IMG/VR virus record: IMGVR_UViG_3300042569_002607
Location: 1 to 64,000 of that record
DNA: 64,000 bases
Source: a virus
Direction: 5' to 3' (one strand)
The notes beneath the pieces were generated by a model that had not been told where the DNA came from, did no database searches, and saw nothing but the letters and a program-made list of their open reading frames with translations. Of the stretch, positions 47,991 through 57,016 are shown one piece after another. The number at the start of each line of letters is the position of its first letter. Within the stretch, counting starts at the first letter, position 1. The position numbers and the translations under genes are program-made.

Positions 47991-48473
47991 TCACGTCTTT
48001 CGTCCCCGTTCGCTGGCGCGGATGGCGCGCAGCGTCCTCCCGCTGATCTCCACACCATCCGGTGTGGTCTCCGGCCGCAGCAGGCAATCGGCCGGGATCT
48101 CGGGCGGCACGGCGCCAGAGAGGCGGCCATACGTCACCCAGCCGGGATCGACGGTCAGCCCGAAGTCCACGCGAGCCCACTGCACCAGCGCCATGATCAG
48201 ATCGGGGGTCCAGCGCCGATGCGAGCGCACCAGCCGCGAAACGGTCGTGTACGACTGGATGCTCTGCGAGTCGACGTAGGCATTGAGCCCTTCGGCGACC
48301 ACCGGATGGCTCAGGTGCGGGGTCTCGCGCGGCAAGTCGGCCCGCTGATCCAGCAACGACAAGACCAATCGGGCGCGGTTCGCCATCGCCAACTGCAGCG
48401 GGCTGGAGCTCCGCAGCGATTCGGAGGCGCCGTACTTCTTTCCGGACGGGCGGGATGTCGTAGCCATGGGCAA
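47991..48473 (-). CDS. second XRE-like regulator
   Basis: YTTVSRL...LIMAL...VDPGWVTYG pattern typical of XRE C-terminal helices. Confidence 0.5.
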   Translation of the reverse strand: MPMATTSRPSGKKYGASESLRSSSPLQLAMANRARLVLSLLDQRADLPRETPHLSHPVVAEGLNAYVDSQSIQSYTTVSRLVRSHRRWTPDLIMALVQWARVDFGLTVDPGWVTYGRLSGAVPPEIPADCLLRPETTPDGVEISGRTLRAIRASERGRKT

Positions 48474-48854
48474 ACGCTCGGGACGTGTGGTGGTAGTCAG
48501 CTCCTACGCGGTACCCCTTCGCTCCGCACGATCAACGCCGGGACGATAGCGCACGGCCCCGGGTTGCGATCTCCGCAAGGAGTTCGCCGCGCATGGACGT
48601 TTCAGCAGGGGCTGACGAGCGGAATATGTCGCGCGGGTGCGCAATCCGACAGGCGGAACGCCGCGCGGATGCGCCAACGCAAAGCGGCAGGAGCCGAGGC
48701 CCCTGCCGCTGCGACCACCGCACCACACGGTGGATTTGTTTGCGCGCTCCCGAGGACGAATCCCCCACGCGCTCTCACAAAGTAGGCAGTCCCCCCCTGT
48801 GGCGCCAGACCACCACATCGGCGCGACACTCCTTCCCACAATCCCGAGGACCTG

Positions 48855-50345
48855 ATGGCGATTCAATTCCAACGCGCGACACGTCGTCGCGTGAAGATCA
48901 AAATGCTGTTGAAGGGCCCTACCGGTTCGGGCAAGACGTATGGCGCCCTGCACATCGCCGACGGGCTCGCGCCTGGCAAGATCGTGCTGATCGACAGCGA
49001 GCACGATCGCTCCGAGTTCTATGCCGACGTGGTGCCGTTTGATCGTTCCTCGATCGACGATCACACGCCGAAGGCCTACGCAGCACACATTCGTGCCGCC
49101 GTCGATGCCGGCTACGAAGTGGTAATCGTCGACTCCCTCTCGCACTGCTGGATCAACGTGCTCGAGCGGAAGGACGCGTACGACAAGGCCAATCCGCGAT
49201 CGAATCAGTGGACGAACTGGGGCTTGTTCGGTGGCGAGTGGGATGAACTCATGCGCACGATCCTAGAGGCGCCGATCCACGTGATCTGCACGGCGCGTTC
49301 GAAGATGGCGCACGAGCAGGTTGAGCAGAACGGAAAGAAGCAGGTCGTGAAGCTCGGCCTCGCACCGCAGCTGCGCGATAACACCGAGTATGAGTTTGCG
49401 ATCTGCTTCGATGTGGAGCAGACGACCGATAAGCGCCACCCCGCCCAGGTGTCCAAGGACAATACGAACCTGCTGAGCGAACCGGGTCGCGTGTGGGATC
49501 TCACCGACGGGGCCGTGCCCGCACTCATTCGCAAGTGGATGGAGACGGCGCGTGAGGTTGAGCGCCCGCTTCCGGAGACGCAGCAAGCGATTGATGATGC
49601 GCTGTTGGATCTACCCGAAGGGCTCCAGGCAAAGTCTCGGAAGAAGATCGCGCAGTACAAGCAACAAGGCTTCCCCGAAACGAAGGCGCAGGAAGTGTTG
49701 GCACAGCTTCGCGTGCTCGTGCAAGGCGCGGTGGCGCCGACGGCACCGGCCGTCGCGGCGGCACCGACGCCGCCAGCAGTCCCGCACCCGCCGGTCGACG
49801 ACGCGCCGCCGCTCACCAACGACGCACACGAGACCTCTGATGACCGCACGCCCCTGCCCTCGATGTCGCTCAGTGAAGCGGCCTCGATGACGGTGACGCT
49901 GTCAGACGGCGCGAAAGCGCTCGGGGATCTGAGTACGAAGTCCCTCAAGAAGCTGCGCCCGCTCGCTGTCGAGCGTGAGAACCTCGCATTGGTACAGGCG
50001 ATCGATGTGGTCCTGGCCGATCATGCCGCGCTCGCGTCCCCGGCCGCTCCGCCTGCCGTCACTGCGTCACGTGGTGTCGCGCCGGATCTCGGCGAGCCGT
50101 CCTTGACTATCGCTGGGAAGATGCAGGTGAAGACGGAAGCCGGCTCGTATCAGCTCCAGCAGTTGCCACGGCGGTACCTCGAGCGATGCCTACAGCACCG
50201 CACAGACCTCACGCACGAGATGCGCGCGGGCATCCGCGTGGTGCTGGCGTACCGCGACGGCAACCCGATGGATCCGCACGTGATGGAAGTGGAGTCCAAG
50301 GACGCGCCTGACGAGGTCCAGCACGTGAGCACCGCCGGCACCTGA
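48855..50345 (+). CDS. AAA_24 / Sak4-like ATPase
   Basis: GPTGSGKT, IDSE, IVDSLSH, HVICTARSK, EYEF. Confidence 0.8.
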   Translation: MAIQFQRATRRRVKIKMLLKGPTGSGKTYGALHIADGLAPGKIVLIDSEHDRSEFYADVVPFDRSSIDDHTPKAYAAHIRAAVDAGYEVVIVDSLSHCWINVLERKDAYDKANPRSNQWTNWGLFGGEWDELMRTILEAPIHVICTARSKMAHEQVEQNGKKQVVKLGLAPQLRDNTEYEFAICFDVEQTTDKRHPAQVSKDNTNLLSEPGRVWDLTDGAVPALIRKWMETAREVERPLPETQQAIDDALLDLPEGLQAKSRKKIAQYKQQGFPETKAQEVLAQLRVLVQGAVAPTAPAVAAAPTPPAVPHPPVDDAPPLTNDAHETSDDRTPLPSMSLSEAASMTVTLSDGAKALGDLSTKSLKKLRPLAVERENLALVQAIDVVLADHAALASPAAPPAVTASRGVAPDLGEPSLTIAGKMQVKTEAGSYQLQQLPRRYLERCLQHRTDLTHEMRAGIRVVLAYRDGNPMDPHVMEVESKDAPDEVQHVSTAGT

Positions 50346-50412
50346 CACGAGCACCGATGACCTTGCTGGTAGGCATACCGCCTGCCGGCAGCCAAACCTT
50401 TTGGAGCGTTCC

Positions 50413-50982
50413 ATGAATATCGATCTCAAGGCCCTCGGCATCACCGAGGAGCAGCTCGTCGAGAAGATCATCGACAAGACCGTCGAGCGGCTACTCACGT
50501 CGGTCGGCTACGATGAGGACGGCGACGAGTTCGTCGTAGACTCGCGCCTCGTGAACAACCTCAACGATCTCACGAAGAAGCTTATCGACGCGAAGGTAGA
50601 GCAGCTCGCGGACACGCACGTGAAGCCGCTGATAGAGTCGCGCCTCGAATCGCTCGTGCTGCAGCAGACAAACGCATGGGGCGAGAAGACGGGCCAGCCG
50701 GTCACGTTCATCGAGTATCTGATCAAGCGCGCCGACGCGTACATGACCGAGCCTGTGGACCACAACGGCAAGGCGAAGGGTGAGGGCAACTCGTACGACT
50801 GGCGCCAGAGCACGACGCGCGTGTCGTACCTGATGGACAAGCACCTGCAGTACAGCATCACTGTGGCGATGCAAGAGGCGCTGAAGACGGCGAACAGCAG
50901 CATCACGAAGGGCCTCGCTGACGCTGTAAAGATGTCCCTCGCTGAAGTACAGGCGAAGCTGAAAGTCGAGGTGAAGGTATGA
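50413..50982 (+). CDS. hypothetical phage protein
   Basis: GGAG RBS; TNAWGE..G motif. Confidence 0.65.
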   Translation: MNIDLKALGITEEQLVEKIIDKTVERLLTSVGYDEDGDEFVVDSRLVNNLNDLTKKLIDAKVEQLADTHVKPLIESRLESLVLQQTNAWGEKTGQPVTFIEYLIKRADAYMTEPVDHNGKAKGEGNSYDWRQSTTRVSYLMDKHLQYSITVAMQEALKTANSSITKGLADAVKMSLAEVQAKLKVEVKV

Positions 50983-51458
50983 GCCGCTCGCTGAATCGCG
51001 TCACGCTTATTGGCCACGTTGGCGGTGATCCCGAAGTCCGCGACGTAAACAACGGCAGCCGCGTCGCGACGTTCTCATTGGCCACGAGTGAATCGTGGAC
51101 CAACGACGCGGGTCAGGCAACAGAGAAGACCGAGTGGCATCGGGTCGTCGTGTGGAACAAGGGGAAGCGCACCCTGGCCGATTTCGTTCAGCAGTACATC
51201 AAGAAAGGCGAGAAGCTCTACGTCGAAGGGAAAGTCACGTATCGACAGTGGGAAGACAAAGACGGGCTGAAGCGCACGACGACCGAAATCAACGCGAGCG
51301 AGCTCATGCCGCTCGGTGGACGACGCGACAATGATGCAGGTGCGGAAGCACGAGCGCCTCGCGCGTCGGCAGCGCCAGCTACGCCGAAACCGGCGCCAGC
51401 GGGTGACAGTTTCCCTGACGCTCTGCTGGATGACGACGACGATCTCCCTTTTGACTGA
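50979..51458 (+). CDS. ssb: single-stranded DNA-binding protein
   Basis: LNRVTLIG..G.DPE...FSLATSE...TEWHRVV...DDDLPF. Confidence 0.95.
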   Translation: MSRSLNRVTLIGHVGGDPEVRDVNNGSRVATFSLATSESWTNDAGQATEKTEWHRVVVWNKGKRTLADFVQQYIKKGEKLYVEGKVTYRQWEDKDGLKRTTTEINASELMPLGGRRDNDAGAEARAPRASAAPATPKPAPAGDSFPDALLDDDDDLPFD

Positions 51459-51470
51459 CGGGTGACGATC

Positions 51471-51896
51471 ATGAGCAAGACCTGCTTCAAGTGCGGCGAG
51501 CTAAAGCCGCTGGAGCAATTCTATCGTCACCCCCAGATGGCCGATGGGCACTTGAATAAGTGCAAGGTCTGTACGCGGAAGGATGTTCGCCTCAATCGTC
51601 GTGCGAAGCGAGTGTACTACAACGAGTACGACGTGCAGCGATACCGGAAACAGCACAGGTGGCCAGATCGCGATCCACAGAAGGCACGTGCCACGGCCAT
51701 GGTAAACATTCGTGTACAACGAGGGACGATGATTCGGCCGAAGCGATGCTCGCAATGCGGCCGATCGGATCTCGCGATCGAAGCGCATCACGATGACTAC
51801 AGCAAACCGCTAACGGTTCGATGGCTCTGCACTTCGTGTCACGACAATCACCACGCAATGGAGAACATCCCGGTTCCCCATGTCGATCATGATTAA
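51471..51896 (+). CDS. HNH-like Zn-finger endonuclease
   Basis: CFKC...CKVC...CSQC...EAHHDDYSKPLTVRWLCTSCH. Confidence 0.7.
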   Translation: MSKTCFKCGELKPLEQFYRHPQMADGHLNKCKVCTRKDVRLNRRAKRVYYNEYDVQRYRKQHRWPDRDPQKARATAMVNIRVQRGTMIRPKRCSQCGRSDLAIEAHHDDYSKPLTVRWLCTSCHDNHHAMENIPVPHVDHD

Positions 51897-52215
51897 CGAC
51901 GACACCGCCGATCTCGGCGCCGCTCCCTTTGCGCGGGCCCGACGCGGCCGGGTGCAGATCGAGCTCCCGCAGATCGCGGTGCAGACGCAAGACGCGGCGC
52001 GCATCGCGGGCATGGGCGACGACGTGCTCCGAAAGATCCCGTGGCGCGTGTTGCCCTTTGCGCGCCACGGCAAGCACCGGTGGTACCTGGTGGCCCACGT
52101 GCAGCTCTTCGCGGAACGACTGATGGCCCTGCGCATCGCGCGCGGCGAGCCGAAACACATTGAATCCCTCTTGGCACTCGCGGTTGAGCTGCCGTCCATG
52201 GAGCACGACATATGA
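51880..52215 (+). CDS. hypothetical (HTH/xis-like) protein
   Basis: DAARIAGMGDDVLRK. Confidence 0.45.
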   Translation: MSIMINDDTADLGAAPFARARRGRVQIELPQIAVQTQDAARIAGMGDDVLRKIPWRVLPFARHGKHRWYLVAHVQLFAERLMALRIARGEPKHIESLLALAVELPSMEHDI

Positions 52216-53192
52216 GCGCGATGGCAGATCAGTCGGCAGCAATCGACGAGGCGATCAGCTTGCTGGGGGAGAACGGCTATCGCGTGTTGCGCCCGTTCGT
52301 CGGGCGCGCGCGCGATTACGTGGAGGTGGCTGACGTGCCTGAGGCATCACCACACGTGGGATGTGGCATGATGGTCGATACCGAAACGACGGGGCCCGAC
52401 GTCTCGGTTGACGAGATCATTCAACTGGCCGTGACGCCGTTCCTATTTGACCGGCAGACCGGCGCGATCCTGCACGTGCACGCGGCCGTAGTGATGTACG
52501 AAGAACCCTCGCGCCCGATCACGGAGGCGGCGTCCGCCGTCCATGGGATCTCGCCCGATCGTCTGGTGGGGCAGCGGTTCCATGCGGATCTCGTTGCAGA
52601 GCTCTGGACCATGGCCGAGGTGATCTGCGCGCACAACGCGGCGTTCGATCGGCCGATGCTCGATCGACGGTTCGGGGCCACACTGCCCGAGCGCGCCTGG
52701 GGGTGCACCTACGTCGACGTACCATGGCGGCGGGCGAAGTATCCGAGCGCAAGCCTTGGCGCGCTGCTCATTGAGCACACGGAGCACTTCTTTGCGGGGC
52801 ATGATGCCGCCGATGATTGCTACGCGGCCCTGCACTGCTTGGCGATGCCATTCCACACCCCCGGCTTTGACGCCACCGAGCAATACCCCTTCTGGCACGT
52901 GCTGCAACGCGTCCAGCAACGCGTCGTGCGCCTGTTCGCCACCGGTGCCCCGTTCGAAACGAAGGACGCGCTGCAGCGGCGCGGCTACAAGTGGAACGAT
53001 CCGAGCAAGCCTGGGGCGCAGTTCAAGGGGTGGCACCGGAAGGCGTGGTGGCGTGAGGTCCCCGAGGAGGCCCTTGAGGAGGAATACGCGTGGATGACGA
53101 CCGCCGTCTATGGCGGACGACCGGCGGCATTGCTGAGCGGTCGGGAAGACGTTCCGGCCACGAAGCGCTTCGCGAAGGGCGGCGCGCCATAA
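52212..53192 (+). CDS. DEDDh 3'-5' exonuclease (DNA pol III epsilon-like)
   Basis: DTETTG, AHNAAFD, HDAADD. Confidence 0.9.
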   Translation: MSAMADQSAAIDEAISLLGENGYRVLRPFVGRARDYVEVADVPEASPHVGCGMMVDTETTGPDVSVDEIIQLAVTPFLFDRQTGAILHVHAAVVMYEEPSRPITEAASAVHGISPDRLVGQRFHADLVAELWTMAEVICAHNAAFDRPMLDRRFGATLPERAWGCTYVDVPWRRAKYPSASLGALLIEHTEHFFAGHDAADDCYAALHCLAMPFHTPGFDATEQYPFWHVLQRVQQRVVRLFATGAPFETKDALQRRGYKWNDPSKPGAQFKGWHRKAWWREVPEEALEEEYAWMTTAVYGGRPAALLSGREDVPATKRFAKGGAP

Positions 53193-53494
53193 TGCGAGAC
53201 TCGGTACTCCTCCGGCGCGATGACGCGAGCTGCAACACGACGACGGCGGTGCAGCAAACGCGCATTGCCATCGAGAAGGTCGCACGGTCGCAGACATGGG
53301 ACATTGAAGGCGCGTCGCCGTTTCCCATGGACGTGCTCCCGCTCCTACAGGACGCGAGTAAGCTCCTCGCCAAGGCGCACGCGAAGATCCGCGCCCACGC
53401 TCAGGAGCATGTGTGGCCGGCGCACCGCGTGCATCATCAGCGTGAGCGCATGACCGAGACGTTCCGTGCAACCGAGGATCCCACCCATGGGTGA
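53192..53494 (+). CDS. hypothetical protein
   Basis: TAATG coupling. Confidence 0.4.
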   Translation: MRDSVLLRRDDASCNTTTAVQQTRIAIEKVARSQTWDIEGASPFPMDVLPLLQDASKLLAKAHAKIRAHAQEHVWPAHRVHHQRERMTETFRATEDPTHG

Positions 53495-53783
53495 CGCGGG
53501 TGACGTGTGGAACGCCGCGCGCAGCAATCGACAGGAGGCGAACGCGGCTCGCTACCACCGGTGTGTGGCGCAGCTCGCGGAGTATCCGTATCACGTGCAG
53601 CAGTTCAATCATGGGGCGCACTGGCGTGTGGATGTGCTGGGCGTCGCCTTCGACTTCTGGCCGCACACCGGCAAGTATCGCAGCCAGACGAGCGGTCCGG
53701 TCATGCAGGGGACCGCTGCGGATTTCGTGGAGTTTCTCGCGCGGGCGCGCTCGGCGCTCGCCACCTTGGTGACCGTGAGGTAG
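53487..53783 (+). CDS. hypothetical phage protein
   Basis: MGD.GD.W...NHGAHW...DFWPHTGK common phage family. Confidence 0.65.
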   Translation: MGDAGDVWNAARSNRQEANAARYHRCVAQLAEYPYHVQQFNHGAHWRVDVLGVAFDFWPHTGKYRSQTSGPVMQGTAADFVEFLARARSALATLVTVR

Positions 53784-53790
53784 CAGACCG

Positions 53791-54162
53791 ATGGCACTCC
53801 CTTTGTTGGCAACATCAAGCATGGAAGAGCTGCTCGAGGAATGGGCACGTGATGCCGCGACGCTGCGCAAGCACGGCCAGTCCGCGCTCGCGCAGCAGTT
53901 GGAGACCGTGGTGACGCGCGTGCGTGAGGTCGCCGAAGAGTGGCTGGACACGCTCACTGAAGGAGAGGCCGCATTGTACTCGGGCCAGTCGACGCGATGG
54001 CTTGCACAGCGCTTCGAGTCGTACGCGCGTCGAGGACTGGCGTTCAAGCGTGGGCGCGCCCGTGTGTATCGCCGGTGTGCCCTCCCTCGGCGGTCAGAGA
54101 TCGTGGCGGCGTACGTGGCCGGCCAAGAGGCGGCGCGACAGACGCGTGCGGTGTCGCTGTGA
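53791..54162 (+). CDS. putative excisionase
   Basis: LTEGEAALYSG...WL wHTH; coupled to the integrase. Confidence 0.55.
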   Translation: MALPLLATSSMEELLEEWARDAATLRKHGQSALAQQLETVVTRVREVAEEWLDTLTEGEAALYSGQSTRWLAQRFESYARRGLAFKRGRARVYRRCALPRRSEIVAAYVAGQEAARQTRAVSL

Positions 54163-55493
54163 GCGAGACGAAGGCGAGAAAGGAACTGTACCGCGCCGGC
54201 GGGCGCGGGGATCTCGTGCGTGTGGTGGTCGACACGGGCGAGAATCGCACGATCGTGTACTATCGCGACGCCGACGGCATCCCACGGAAGAAGAAGTATC
54301 CGAACACGAAGACGGGGCGCGATGCCGCCAGGGCCTTCGGCGAAGGGTGGTTGTCGGCGCGTGATCGCATGGTGCGCGAGCGGGCAACCGCCGCAATCAA
54401 TGCGGGACCAACGCTCACGGTCCGCGGGCTGTGGGACGCGTATAAGGCGGCGGAGTTCTCGCTCGAAGTCGGGCACGGGCTACGGGAAGCCACGCAGCGC
54501 TCGTACACCCAGCACTGGCGTCGCTTCGAGCTCTTCATCGGCAAAGATCGCTTGGCGGAGACAATCAAGGTCCCGGAGCTCGCCGAGTTGAAGCGGCAAG
54601 ACTTAGACGCCGAGCGCGCCCTGAATCAGATCAAGCAGACATTCAACGTGGTGCGCACCGTGTTTCGGTGGGGCGTCGAACAGGAGCTGATGATCCGCTC
54701 GCCGCTGGCGCTCATGCGGTGGAAGTCGCGCAAGGATGAACCCAAACCGCTGGAGCCCGACGAGTACACGGCGGACGAGAGCGAGCGCATCCTCGCCGCG
54801 TTGGACAAAACGGACACCCGCCAGTGGAAGGCGTGGGTGTTCGTGATGCTGGCCGCGCACTACGGCCAACGCGCCAACGCCGTGCTCCATCTCCGGTGGC
54901 AGGACATCGATTGGGAGGCGGGGATCATCCGGTGGCCGGGACGCTTCCAGAAGCAGGGGCGCGATCTCGTGCGCCCGATCCTGTGGGAGGCGTATTCCGC
55001 ACTGCTGACGGCGCAGCAGGAGCGGGAGCGGGCCGCCGGCTTCCGTCGCCTGAAGCACCACAAGAGCGCTCACAGCACTCGCGAGCGACTCGAGTCCGCG
55101 GACTGGGTCCTCTTTGCCGAGCGCGATCGCGCCAAGCCGATGTCGTACCAGTCGCTGCATTACCACATCTGCCAGGCGGAGATTCGCGCGAAGGTGGACG
55201 CGAAGCCCTACCGGAAGGCGCACGGGCTCCGGCGCATGTTGCTCGGCAAGGTGCTCGAAGAGACCGGCGACCGCGCGTTGGCGTTGGAAGTCATTGGCGA
55301 TCGCGATCTCTCGCAGCTGGCGAGCTATGACCGGCGCATCGACGTGCGGACGGCCGCTGCGCTCCGGCAGGTCAGCATCGAGGGGCAAATGGAAGCCAGT
55401 GCGAAACTGTCCCCGAAACGTCCCGACGTCCCCGAAAACGAAACGGCCCCCGGAGGACCGGAGGCCGTAACTTCAAACGTGGAGGCAACTTAG
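54159..55493 (+). CDS. int: tyrosine integrase
   Basis: YGQR (Arg), LRWQDID, AHGLRR (HxxR), C-terminal Tyr (ASYD). Confidence 0.85.
   Translation: MSETKARKELYRAGGRGDLVRVVVDTGENRTIVYYRDADGIPRKKKYPNTKTGRDAARAFGEGWLSARDRMVRERATAAINAGPTLTVRGLWDAYKAAEFSLEVGHGLREATQRSYTQHWRRFELFIGKDRLAETIKVPELAELKRQDLDAERALNQIKQTFNVVRTVFRWGVEQELMIRSPLALMRWKSRKDEPKPLEPDEYTADESERILAALDKTDTRQWKAWVFVMLAAHYGQRANAVLHLRWQDIDWEAGIIRWPGRFQKQGRDLVRPILWEAYSALLTAQQERERAAGFRRLKHHKSAHSTRERLESADWVLFAERDRAKPMSYQSLHYHICQAEIRAKVDAKPYRKAHGLRRMLLGKVLEETGDRALALEVIGDRDLSQLASYDRRIDVRTAAALRQVSIEGQMEASAKLSPKRPDVPENETAPGGPEAVTSNVEAT
55443..55468 (-). terminator. terminator downstream of the tRNA 3' fragment
   Basis: ACGGCCCCCGG/CCGGAGGCCGT stem followed on the minus strand by TTCGTTTT. 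Confidence 0.55.
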
Positions 55494-55508
55494 AAATGCA
55501 ACGCTCAG

Positions 55509-55539
55509 AGCCACAGATCGGGATTGAACCGATGACCGC
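55509..55539 (-). mobile_element. attP core: 3' half of a tRNA (probably Thr)
   Basis: Minus strand reads GCGGTC-ATCGG-TTCAATC-CCGAT-CTGTGGC-T (variable loop, perfect T arm, acceptor 3' strand); 15 nt after the int stop. Confidence 0.8.
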
Positions 55540-55719
55540 ATCGTTGGAGAAATCGGACGAATCGCGGGCTTCCCTCTGTCGCACCCCGACTCGCCTTGCG
55601 GGTCTGGCACAAGAAACCCCGGTTTTTCGCGCAAGTCAAGACAGAAGTGGCAACGAAATGGCAACCGGCGACGGGATGGCAACGGACGCGGTGGAACGCC
55701 GCCACGCCGGAGCGTCCCG

Positions 55720-56238
55720 GTGCCGATAACGACCGACGACGTCGCCATCCTGTCCGCCCAACTCGCCTTTATCCGACGCGAGCGGTTGGCCCAGTGGACG
55801 AGCGCGCGTGCGTTCCGATCGTTCCGTGGCGCGCCGACGCCGAGACACCGTGCCCTGATCGACTTATGCGATGCGCTGGCCGCGGCGCAGCTCGCCCAGT
55901 TGCACGACTCGCCGACCTGGGCGGCGCTGGAGTCCGCGGGGCAACGCGTGTGCCTGGAGGTCCTGACGCAGGTGGTGGAACGGGTCACGCGGTATGGGAC
56001 CGGCCTCGGCAGTGACGAGCTGGAGACCCTCGAGGCGTGTACCCGCCGCCGGCTGTTGGCGGCGCTCCCGCCTGACGCGCAGGACGGTGCGGATACCGAG
56101 TGGTGGAGCGTCGCGCACTCCGGGCTGCTCTACGCGATGGAGCTCCGGGATGGGGTCCGGCAGTGGTGGCCCGTCACGGTCCCGCTGGCGATCGCCAGCG
56201 AGTCGCTGCCGGCGGAGGTGCGCCAGTATGTCGCGTAA
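55720..56238 (+). CDS. hypothetical protein
   Basis: GGAG RBS with GTG start. Confidence 0.5.
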   Translation: MPITTDDVAILSAQLAFIRRERLAQWTSARAFRSFRGAPTPRHRALIDLCDALAAAQLAQLHDSPTWAALESAGQRVCLEVLTQVVERVTRYGTGLGSDELETLEACTRRRLLAALPPDAQDGADTEWWSVAHSGLLYAMELRDGVRQWWPVTVPLAIASESLPAEVRQYVA

Positions 56239-56635
56239 CGCCTCTCGGCAGGATCTGGCCGAAGAGCAGATTGCGCGGTCGCGCCGGATGCCATCCGACG
56301 ACGACTTGGGGCCGCTCTTTGCGCCAACGCTCCCCGAGGCGGCCCCCGTGGCCGCCGTGGATCACGGTACCAGCCGGGACGCGGCTGACCGGGTGCTCCC
56401 GATTACCGGCGCGCTCCGTCGTCGCATCCTGGTGTTGCTCATCGACGCCTACGACGAAGGGATGACGGACAAAGAGCTCGAAGATCTGCCGGAGATGAAG
56501 CGGTACGGATTCTCAACGGTGCGAAAGCGCCGGAGCGAATTGTTCAAGGCGGGGTTGCTGAAAGCCGCCGGCTCCCGCGGTGGGCTGACCGTGTGGGTCG
56601 CGCTGCCCCATGCCTCCGCCGTCCTCGGGCCCTAA
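56228..56635 (+). CDS. winged-helix phage protein
   Basis: TSRDAA...GMTDKEL...STVRKRRSELFKAGL. Confidence 0.65.
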   Translation: MSRNASRQDLAEEQIARSRRMPSDDDLGPLFAPTLPEAAPVAAVDHGTSRDAADRVLPITGALRRRILVLLIDAYDEGMTDKELEDLPEMKRYGFSTVRKRRSELFKAGLLKAAGSRGGLTVWVALPHASAVLGP

Positions 56636-56800
56636 CCCTTGCGGGTTTGGCACGTCGTAGTCACATTCGTGCATCCAGTCCTGAACCCACTGGATGCCTC
56701 GCCGGAAGCGTCTTTCGCGCCCCACGGCCACCGGCCCTACACGTCTCGCGCGTGTTGGGGGGTTCACCGGTGGTCGGGGGCGTGTTCTTTGGGAGGCAGT

Positions 56801-57016
56801 ATGGCCGTCAGCACGGCCGCTCGACTGGTGGTCCCGATCGCGCCGGATGATACCGCGCCGGATCGCCCCCTGTCGGAAGACGATCAACGATTGGTCGCCG
56901 CGTGGTTGCGGCGTTTGGAACGCGAAGCCCCCGCAGGCAGCGCGGACCTCACGGTCCCGCGGTATCTCGCACGTCGCATCGCGGCCACCTTTGCGCCCGC
57001 GGAGCCGACCGCATGA
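56801..57016 (+). CDS. hypothetical protein
   Basis: GGAGG RBS; ATGA overlap with the helicase. Confidence 0.5.
   Translation: MAVSTAARLVVPIAPDDTAPDRPLSEDDQRLVAAWLRRLEREAPAGSADLTVPRYLARRIAATFAPAEPTA

Noticed and set aside
39193-48854. Repeated CCCGAGGA(CCTGA/TAC) sequences (near 35147, 39193, 41059, 48843)
   Set aside because: All lie just upstream of start codons and are best explained as Shine-Dalgarno context
52443-54476. Long minus-strand ORFs (also 1518-3242, 10530-12077, 14890-16581, 31188-33008, 35019-36410)
   Set aside because: Arg/Ala-rich shadow frames opposite well-supported genes, as expected in high-GC DNA
55470-55585. Complete tRNA gene
   Set aside because: No anticodon stem, D arm or 5' acceptor strand pairs; only the 3' half is present
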